Assembly: GCF_009914755.1 (NCBI RefSeq)
Contig: NC_060927.1
Length of the DNA: 64,000 bases
Source of the DNA: the human T2T-CHM13v2.0 reference genome, Homo sapiens
Direction: 5' to 3' (one strand)
Under the pieces are notes generated by a model. The model saw nothing but the letters and a program-made list of their open reading frames with translations, had not been told where the DNA came from and did no database searches. The stretch's first letter is position 1; every line of letters starts with the position of its first letter. Positions 50,201-64,000 of the stretch are shown piece by piece. Position numbers and translations under genes: made by a program.

Positions 50201-51378
50201 TCAGCAGGCGCCTGCCTCACCCAGGACACTCTCACAGTGATGCCCCGAGGCCTCCCCGGCCAGCAGAGGGAAGTCCACAGGCACCTGCTGAGCTGGCCTC
50301 ATTCACACAGAGAGGCCTGGGATGCCACCCTAACACCCAGGAGCGCAGAGCCTTCCGGGGAGAACGTGTCTCAAGTTTCAGGACCACAGCAGCATCTGTC
50401 CAGGGGGCATGAGGCAGGGAGGCCCCGTGCATCTGAATGCAATGCAGCCTCGGGCAAGAGCGCCACAGGAACAAAGACCCCGAGGGGAGCAGCGATTCTG
50501 CAGTGCTCCGGAGACCTTGCAGAGATCCAGGTGTGGCTCCCAAAACCCAGGGAGGAGCACGCTGAGAGAGGCAGCTAGAAAGGGCAGGCACCTGCTGCCA
50601 GAGCAGCTGCAGAAGGCAGCAGAGCCGCGAGGAGGCCGAGCACCCGTGGCCTCCCCTGGGTGCCGCTTTGCAGGTAGAGAAGTCGTCAGGCAGAAGACAA
50701 GGGCGTGTGGGCTCTCCTTACCCAGGAAAGTGCTTCTACCCACACAACTGGGTCTTCTTTCAAAAAAATTCAGGGACCCCCCTGAAGCCGGTCCATGGGC
50801 CCCCATGTCAGCAGACACGAGCTCGAGGACTCTTTGTGTAGGGGAGAGAACCCTCAAATGGGAATCAGGAGACATTAAAGGGCCTTCACGTACAGCAGTA
50901 CAGGCTGGGCACTGCATTGTTTGAGAGAGAAACTACATTCACACAGTGAGGTGCTCCCTGGAGCTGTGCAGGGTCACCAGGGCTTCGGGGTCACCAGAGA
51001 GACAGTTAGACCATTGAAATAAATGACTTTGCCCATTCTTCTGGGAAATTTCTCATCAGAACTACCCAGAATCCCCATCTGTGAGTCAGCTCGTCCAACC
51101 CCAGCTTAGAGCCTTCTGAGGCAGCCTCAGCAAGTGGGCATCCAGTCCTAGCATGCACTCCTGCCTAGACAGAGCTCCTTGCTGCCCATACCTCCACCCA
51201 GCATGGCTCTACCTGGGGAAAGCTCTTGCTGAACCAGGACTGGCAGCCCCTCTGCCCCGACCCTCCTGGCTCCCACATCTGTCCTCTGGGCCTCAGGCTC
51301 CTTTGGCCCAGGCAAGGGCCTGTTGAGACTTAGGGTTCAGGAGCCTCGACCCCTCCCCTAGGGCTCTTCTCTTTCTCA

Positions 51379-51693
<315 letters not shown>

Positions 51694-52088
51694 TTACCAA
51701 AACCACCAGGCCCACTGTGGCATCCCATCACGTTCCTGCCCTACTGTACGTCTACAGGGCAGTCCACAGGTCCCTCTTAGATGTAAGGATGGTGGTCTCA
51801 GAGGGCCAGGCCACCTGCTGGAGGCCCGGGCCCACAGCTGTTCTTGGTACCCTGGCACTTCTTCTCCTGGCGCAGGCTGCTGAGCAGAGGAGGGGCACAG
51901 CCCCTGTGGCTGCCATGTTGAGAACAGATGGGAAAGCTGGGCAACTAAAGCCTGCATCATGGCCCCAATGAGCAGCGATCACTTTGAGGGACATTCTGCA
52001 TTTCTGACTCCTCCATTTCTTACACCTCAGGTTTCTACTGATAGCCAGGACCACTCCTGCCTGTCCCTCCCCATCCTGGTCTGTCCTA

Positions 52089-52340
<252 letters not shown>

Positions 52341-52700
52341 TCAGAGCTGGGGGTGCACATTCTGCAGAGTGGGGGGACCACTGAGCGGGGCCTCAGGACC
52401 CCGAGGCGGGAGGGCTGCTCTGCATGGCCATCTCTGGAAGCACCCCCGCTTCAGCCTGACATGCTGGGCTTCCCTCCTGGGGCCCAAGGGTACAGGTGGG
52501 GACCCCTGCCCAGGTCACATCTCATGGGCAGGTAATGACACCTGGGCACTGCTCATGGACGGCGTGTAGTCTGCAGAGTCGGGAAGCCCTGTCCATACTC
52601 AGGGTGTTTTTTGAGGGAAGGACAAATCAATATGAATGTCAGAATCAAATTCAAGCTCATTTAATTCTAATCAACTGCTGCTTACAAAAAGGCTAAACCA

Positions 52701-53393
<693 letters not shown>

Positions 53394-53776
53394 TCACGCT
53401 GGCTGCAGCAAGGCAGGAGGAGCAGGCGGAAATGCCGAGGAACTCCTTGGTTCTCTCACCCCCGAACTCTTCCCAGCCTGCCAGGCTCTGGGCCTGAGGG
53501 ATCATTCACCCACCAATCCCACCCCGTGACTTAGTCATGGGGGAAGTGAGGCCTGGAGAGAGGGGACTTGTCCCAGCAGGGATTAGGGCTTTCCTCCCTG
53601 CTCTGTGGCAGATGCTCCTGCACTGAATTCTGCGATGCCACGCACCACACGCTCACTGGCACCTTTTCTGGGGTTCTCACTGCTGCCCCCACAAGCTTAA
53701 CTTGTAGCTGGGGAAGACCAGCAGCGGTCAGAACAATTAATACAATCACGCAGCCTGAGAGACAGCAACAGTGCTA

Positions 53777-54337
<561 letters not shown>

Positions 54338-54406
54338 CTATAAAGGCCTTGGCCAAGCTAGGATACCCTCTGTGACCAGCAGTCCTCCCAAGTCCCCCTG
54401 GCGTCA

Positions 54407-54826
<420 letters not shown>

Positions 54827-55654
54827 TCAAAGCTTTGAGATGCAGCCAGGATTGGTAAAGCCAAGGACATATCATATGGAAGAGGATGCCATCGGCATCA
54901 CAGGGAGCTTCAAGTCAGAATTTCAGCATTTGTTCCAGACCTTGCATCCAGGGGCACGGCAGACGGGCTAGGCCCACTAATGCCTGTCTTCTGTCCCTGT
55001 CAGCAGGGGAAACGGCAATTTACTTCTGCACATTCAGAGGGCACTAGTTCTCCACTAACATCTGAGCAGCATTTAGGCAACGGCACAGTGCTGTCCACTT
55101 GCGCTGAGGAAGGAGCAGAGGCTGCCATGATGGAACAGAGCTGCCTCGTTAATCAGGACGAGAAGGGCGGTGCTTCACTCTGCCAGTGAGGTGGTTTAAG
55201 AAAACAGCCCTGTTGACTTACTTATTTCTGGCAGCTGCTGTTCAGGGCTGTCATGGGCAGGGGATGGGGTTCAACATTCTATGCATGACCTGGGAGAGGT
55301 CATTACAAAAATTAAAACCAGCGACGAGTCCTGCTAATTCATTAGTTTCTGGGATTCACGGTGGGAAATTGTGGCTTTCTTTGCTAGGGTGCCCTCGGGC
55401 TGAAGTCACATTTCCAGTGCAGAACAGGCACCTTCTGGGAGCTGGGCTCCATTATGAAGATTCCTTTCACTGGCTCAGCTTTTGGAGGACTCCAATTTCA
55501 GAAACGCTGGAAGGAGTGGATGAGTGGGGGCTAAATGCCCTCTCTGGAGTTGGTGTGAGTGTGAATAGGAGAAGCAGATAAACTCCATCCAGAGGACACA
55601 GGAAGCCACCTCCCCGCTCCCAGGTACTCTGAAGACAGCCCAAGCCCCTCATTA

Positions 55655-55783
<129 letters not shown>

Positions 55784-57170
55784 CTAGAGAGGGAGCCAAG
55801 GAAGCTTCATGGAGCGCCGCCTGTGTCCCGGTCCATGCTGGGCGTTTCCACAACCTCACCCTGCAGTCTGTGACATAGTGTCACCCGTTTCACAGGTGGC
55901 AACACTGAGGCTCAAAGCCTAAACGCCTTGCTAGAATGTGGCAGAGAGGGGGTTTGAGCCCAGTCTGGTCAGACTTCACAGCCCAGTTCTCCCATTGAAC
56001 AAGCTGCTTCCCCCAGCAGCTGACTGGACGCTGAGCAGCGGGCCTGAATTCATTAATCGATCTGGGTGGGCTGAGGATTTTGGCTGTTCGGACAGCCATG
56101 ATCACTTCTCTGTAGTACAGCACCACACCCCACCCAGAATCCAGTCTGCCCAGATTTTCCCAGCTGTTCCCCCTGTGCCCATCCTGTACCTGGCCACACC
56201 CAAACAGCCCCAGGCTGGAGACCTCCCTGCACTCCCTTGGCTAGGACACCCTCCCATCTTCTCTGCAGAGCCCAGCCTCATCCACCCTTCAGGCCCAAGG
56301 CCACTTCCTGCAGCTGAAGGCCCCCCTCCCTCTCTCAGCAGGCACCAGCGCTCCCTGCCTCCAGGAGATCTGATTTCTACCAGTAGGTGAACTTCAGAGC
56401 AGGGATGCGATTGAAGCCCCTGCAGCTCCCAGGGATGTGGCCCATGCAGAGCTGTAGGTGACCAGGCATCACTGTCAAACTCACGGTGCCTCCGCTCAGG
56501 GCTCACCACCATCCACCTCCAGGGACTGACAGAGGCTGTGTCCCACTCTCTAGCCTGGGACCCCCCCAACGCTGGCCCTCCTCTCCCCTTCCTCCCTGTC
56601 CACCCTCAGAGAGTGCCCAAGGCTTCCTGGCCCCTCTCCTGCCTGCACTCCTGGAGTGCCCGTGCACTCCCACCCACTCCCAGGGCTTCAGAGGCCACTT
56701 CTGGGCTGAGGCCCCCACCCTGTCCAGCCTTCCTCACAGTGCTCCTGCCGCACCCACCCAGGTGTGCCTCCTGCCTCACCTGGGAGAGCTGTGACATCTC
56801 TAGCTCCCCGGCCCAGGCTCCTCACCTCCCTGCAGGCCTACCTACCTCTGTGTGCCCCTCTCAGCAAAGGACCAGTAGCAGCCTGGTCATCCCAAGCCCT
56901 TCCTCCCCTCCAGCCTCACTTCTGGATGCTCATGGAGCTCTGATGTGCCTCCCTCCCTCCCGTCTCTCCCAAACCTGCCTTTAGATTCTGCCACACCCAG
57001 TGATCCCAGCTGAGGGCCTGGCCTCAGTCTCTGGCCAGTTACCCTGTAGCGACTGCTCTCTCGAGCTCCTCCAGGTGCCAGGTAACCTCTGCAAACACAG
57101 CCTTGGTCTATAGCACTGTTTAAAAAACTCCACTGAGTGTGGCATAAGCTTCTACCCCTTCACCCTGGAA

Positions 57171-57188
57171 CAGCAGCAGCAGCAGCAG
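57171..57188. repeat. (CAG)6 microsatellite, intronic
   Basis: Direct reading; lies next to a MIR-like segment. Confidence 0.8.
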
Positions 57189-58092
57189 CTAATTTCTGCT
57201 GAGCACTGGCTATGAGCTGAGCACCACCCTAGGGGCTTCTGACGTGCTAACTCACTAAATCCTCACAACGCTATCATCCCCATTATACAGGCAAGAAAAT
57301 CGGGACATAGCGAGACTCAATGATTGCTCAGTCATAGCCTCGCAGTGGCCAAGCTGGGATTTGACCTAGACCGTCTAGCTGTAGATGCCCCACCCTCAAC
57401 CTGCACCAAACTGCCTGGAATCTGGTGCATTTTCTGATCTGATCACAAAGCCAGACCATGCTTCTCCCACACCCTCTGTTCCAGCCCCCGAGGCTCTGCC
57501 CTTGAACCCTACACACCTTTGTCCATGCCACCCCATCCCCTGACCAGAGGCTCTTTCCAGGAGAGCACAGCTGTATTGTCACAGGATGCCTCTGTCTGCA
57601 ACTGGCTCGCCCAAACTGCAGAGCCGCAGCACTAAATATGCAAACTATTAGGTTAAACTGCTAGGTTCCATAAAGCACATGCTGCCTCTAAAAATGAGAT
57701 GCATTTGGATCTCAGCCAGACTTGGCCCACTGATTCATTCTCAACTGGAGATGAATGGAAGAGACAGCAGGTTTTGTCGCCTCCAGACTCAAAGGGTGAC
57801 TTGCACAGGGAGTCTTAGCCTTGCAGGTGACAGGGAAGCACCGGCTCCCAGGAAGTGCCCACTCCGGGGTTGCCAGACCCAAGCCCATGGGAGCTGGAAT
57901 CCACCCTACAAGGCTGCCTGTCCTCATCACACCCTCTTGAACATGGGGAGACTGAAGCCTGGAAAAAAAAGGGAGCTTGTCCCCATGTCAGAGTCAGCAA
58001 GTGGCCAGTCCCAGACTCATGACTCCCAGACCCAACCCCTCAGACGGCTTTTCCCTAAAAGGAAAAGTCTTCATAATCCTCCCAGAAGGTCA

Positions 58093-58404
<312 letters not shown>

Positions 58405-59274
58405 TCAGCAGCCTCAGGAGACAGCCACGCTGCCTGCCCCAGTGCCGGTCATGCTCCTGACTCCAGCCACCTGGAGCCATCAGCTCTCCTACCCTGCTGC
58501 ACCCGCCCTCTACAGGGCTGTGGCCCCTAGCACCTGCTCTCCCTGACCCACAACTCCCTGCCTGGAATCTCCTGACCATCCTGGCATGAAGCTTTAGCTG
58601 ACTCCTGCCCAGGAATGGTCTGGTGCTGCTGCCAGGCCCTGCCCTCTGTAGCTCCTTCCCCAAAGCACAGCCCCTCCCCATCCCTTCGTTGCCTTATCAA
58701 TTCCTTTTTAGCAAACAGACAGCAGGTGTGAGGCTCAGAGCTTTCACCACATACACATCTGAGTTAAAAGCCAATCACATTATATAATAAGTACAATTAA
58801 AGGACTCAACCATAATCTATTTATGGCAAATTATATTTGTTTTTCCTTAAAGGTAGTATTTCATCTCCTTTTAAAATGAATTTAGTAAGGTTAAAAAAAA
58901 AAGGTGGAGACAATTTGAAAATAAAAGCTAAGTAAATAATTGTACACGTGTTCCACAGATGTACTACAGGTCACCTGGGCATGGCTGAAATTTGGAAGCC
59001 CCTGATTTAGCCCAGTGTCCTTCTTTGCTTAAGTCTCCCAGCCTGTGCTGTCCACTATGGCGGCCACTTCCCACAGAATTCACTAAAATGGTGAATTCAG
59101 TTCCTCAGCAGCAGCAGAGATCCGTGTGTCTCCTGGCTAGAGGAACTGAGTGAGACTATGCAGAGACAGGATGCCCCACAGGGGCAGGGGACCCCCCCAC
59201 CGACTTGGCAGAGCTGTTCCAGAAAAGGGCTGGCAAATGCTTTCTGTGAAGGTCGGACATAAGCATTTGGGCTA

Positions 59275-59997
<723 letters not shown>

Positions 59998-61123
59998 TCA
60001 TGCCAGAAAGCACATGCAGCTCGCAGCCAAACAGTGGCAGCAGCATCATTCCTGCATTTCAGAAAGGAAGCTGAGGCCCCGAGGGGAAAGAGATCCAGAG
60101 TGCTTCCTCACGCTCTTCCCACCAGGGAACTGGACATGCCAGAAAGGGAAGGCTGCCCTTACTATGCAACCTGACTGCAGAAGCAGCCTCTGCCCCTTTC
60201 CTCCTCTGAAAAATGGGGATCATCACGTGACCGTGACGCAGGCCTGGCATAAGCATTACATGAGGTCAGCAGTGGGGAGGCACCTGCCACAGGGCAGGTG
60301 CTCAGTCAATGTTGGCAATGGCAGCTTTGGTGCAGAAGTGTGGACTGCGTGGGGTGACAGTTTGGGTTAGGGATCATGGCTGCATCCTTGCCTCCACCAC
60401 ACCTTCTGACCCTGAGTGCTGACTAGGTCTCTATCAGGTGCTCCTGCTACAAGAAGGCCAGAATGACCTGCAGTGCAGCCAAAGGGCTGGGAGAACTGGG
60501 CTCCATTTCCTCCAGGACATGCCCTAAACTGATGGATGGCAATTATGTGCGCACACACGGAGTGCCATGGTTTGCCAGCGGTCCTCATGACCACTCCCTC
60601 AGCTGAAGGAAAGCCCTGGAACCTAGGCCATATTGCCCAACGTGAGAGGTGTGGAAACAGATTTTTGGATGGTGACCTACTCACAGGGCCCACGAAGGGC
60701 AGAGCTGGGGCTAGAACCAGGCCTGACTCTAAACCCCAGTTCTTTCCATAAGGCAACACCCCTGACACCTGTCTTTGAATGCATTCAGCAACAGGGAAAC
60801 ACAACTGTGGCAGGACCTGTGGGCAGCCGAAGCTGAAGGGCCAATTTCCTGTGCCTCGGGGAGCACTCCCTGGAGCTGCCCCATGCCCTGTTTCCTCCTT
60901 TGGGGGCTGATGCCTGTCTGTCTTCCTCTGAGCTGGTCTACATCCCCCAAGGGCAGTGGTGTTTCCTCGTGGCCCTGCATGGTGCAGCATGCCCACATCT
61001 CTTGGAAACTGAAGTAATACACATCTTCCTTCAACAGCAGCAGACTTTCTGTGTTATCCCCAGTTGTCTCTACCAGGTACCAGACAGGACTTCATAGGAG
61101 AAATGACCCTTGCCCACATCCTA

Positions 61124-61300
<177 letters not shown>

Positions 61301-62669
61301 CTAAGGGACAACATACAGGTATGATGAGGATTCAGTGCCAGGGACTGGCCTCCAGGAAAACCCACCTCCCAAGGAGGGGACACCTGCCCCCAGCAGGATC
61401 CACCTCAGGAACAATGCAGGGCTGGACTTAGGGGTCCTGAGAGGAGTAAAGGCCACACTCCCCAGAGTGTCCCAACCTAGTGACAAGGTTCTTACTTCCC
61501 AACACAGCAGACTGGCCTCTCTATGAGAAAACCCACCCAGGAGTGTCCCAATCCATGACTTGAATAAATGAGATCACTATTTACATTGCAAGAGGGCCCC
61601 CTGGGCTGCAAATGTCCAGTTTCTTCAGAGAACCTGGCTCTTGGGGCATTTAAAGAAACGAAATCCTCCTCGATCGCAGGGGCAGCGCTAAGCAGGCCAC
61701 AGCATGCCCTGCAGGCCACCAGGGGAAGGAGGGAAATGGGGATTTCTGGAGCCCAAGAACCCGAGCTCCATAAACAGCAGCCCTTGTTTCTCTGAGTCCA
61801 GGTGAAAATCTATCCTCGCTCAAAAGCTAGTGCTCCAAAGGTCTGAATTTCTTTAACAAAGTTCAGTGGTGCAGTGTCTGGTATACAGCTAGTGCTCAGT
61901 ACATATTTGTTGAAATAGGATGAGCAGTCAGTCACTTTCACTCACCAAAAACTAGAGCGGGGGATTTGCTGCCAGGCACCCATTTTGAAACAAAATGATG
62001 TGAATTAATGAAAGAGGTCTGTGACCCAGGCAGAGTCTAAAGATTTAAGTGAGTGTGTGTCTTCTGTCATCCAGGGTTCAGCAAGTGGTGATGATGAGAC
62101 ATGGAAAGAAAATTCCATTCAGCAAAACCCCAGGACCTGACCCAGGGATGCTGATGGAGAAGGTCCCATCCGTAAGGAACACAGAACGGCAGAGGGCAGT
62201 GCCATGATATGGCAGAAGGACACGGCCCAAACCAGACAGACCCCATCACTCAACCCCCATGCAAGCTTAAGCAAGTCACTCTCACTCTGAGCCTCAGTCT
62301 CCTTGTCTGGAAAATGGGCCACCTCATTCTCAAAACCACAGTGGATGTCACGTACTGGATGTCACGACTTGTATGGCAGGTACTGAGCACAACATTCAAT
62401 GCTCTTAAGAACAGACCATGTTCCAGACACTGGGCTGGCCCAGAACAGGAGCTCCACCATGGGTGGTGATAACATCAGTGGCCAGGCACAGTGGGTGGAG
62501 CACCCGCACTCCAGTCAGGAAGCTGTGGTGCCAGTCCCAGCTCTGTAACCTTACGCCAATCATGGACCTTGCTGGGCCTCATCTATGAAATGAAGTTCTT
62601 GGAATCAATGATTTCCCAAGGATCTTCGGCTCTGATGACCAGAAGATGCTGTAGCTTTTTATCTACCTA

Positions 62670-63062
<393 letters not shown>

Positions 63063-64000
63063 CTAAGAGTCTGTGGCTCCTCATGCTCCTGGGAGGAAAA
63101 AAGGCCCAATCTTGGCCCCACGGACCTCAGGACCACGTGCCGTCAGTTGTCTGAGGCTTCATCAGTCACCCACGGAAAAGTAATTCAGAAATCCAATGGT
63201 TCCGAGCAAAGTGTGGCGTCTCACTCTTCCCAGAGCAGTGCCTGCCGTGGGTCAGCCAGCAGGGAGGGAGAGACTATGAGGGCAGTTTCTTTCATCAGCT
63301 CCATGGGACATCTACTGTAAAATATCATTTCTGCAGCAAATTGTTCTCAATTTACTGAAGCAAGGCATCCTGGCATAGTGGAGGATGGGGCTTTGAGTCC
63401 GACAGAATCCAAAGCCGGTCCCAACATGTCCTGCCACCAGCTGTGTGCACATTATGTCCCCTCTTCTCTCGGCGTTGACTTCTTACTTGGTAAAAGGTGT
63501 GTAATGATCCTGTCTTGTCCTATTTCTAAGGACTGTCAACAGGATAAAAACAGACTACCCGCTAAGAAAACTGTTAGCAAACTACTGATACTATGTACTG
63601 GGTAGGAAGCAAATTATGCCGTATCTGTTACCCTTTTACATATTTATTAATATAATAAAGAAACCCAGGAAGCAAAGGCCTCCAGCTCCCACGGCTAGTT
63701 TCCATCATCTCTGTCTCTTCCACAGCCCTATAGATGACTAGGAGCAAATGTTATTGCCTCTGCCTAAACATTCTTCCCCCACCAACCCCTTCCTCTTAAC
63801 CTGGGGAACTCTTATTCATCCTTCAAGAACTGCAGCCCGAGCATCTCCATCTGGGACATGCCTCCCCTAAATCCCCATGGACAGCACCCTTCTTTGGGCT
63901 CTGGTTTGAATACTACACCTTGCTTTTTAATAGCCTTCTCCTGCTACCCTCCTCCGGGGCACCCTATGTCACCCATATCTGTGTTCCTGGAGCCCAGCAT

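Noticed and set aside
59050-59070. CTCF-like motif gtccactatggcggcc
   Set aside because: Several mismatches in the core consensus; cannot be supported without a PWM scan or ChIP data.

Overview
Human (primate) genomic DNA, recognisable as the IQSEC1-NUP210 interval (chr3p25). Both genes are on the minus strand. Positions 1-15052 are intron 1 of the long IQSEC1 (BRAG2, Arf-GEF) isoform. Its distal first coding exon (15053-15324, encoding an IQSEC2/IQSEC3-like N-terminal coiled coil) sits in a CpG island at about 14.3-15.8 kb. Positions ~15.8-48.5 kb are intergenic and repeat-rich: many Alus, old L1 fragments, MaLR/ERVL LTRs, MER DNA elements, and an internally deleted two-LTR ERV1 provirus at 22719-26839. 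Positions ~48.6-64 kb hold the last 11 exons of NUP210 (gp210). I assembled these by hand with GT-AG boundaries and continuous frame; they cover the lumenal C-terminal part, the TM helix, the cytoplasmic tail and a 3' UTR with AATAAA. No prokaryote-type systems (CRISPR, operons) and no new protein-coding gene are supported; almost all ORF-track entries are Alu/LTR-derived, GC-rich or exon read-throughs. The best second-look items are: (1) a uORF plus a splice-donor-embedded stop that could release a 91-aa zipper-only IQSEC1 microprotein; (2) strong CpG-retention asymmetry between the two LTRs of the provirus upstream of IQSEC1; (3) a perfect 31-bp mirror between the tails of two inverted Alus; (4) a 74-nt NUP210 intron whose retention would give an NMD-escaping alternative tail. 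Repeat subfamily names and repeat boundaries are by-eye estimates.
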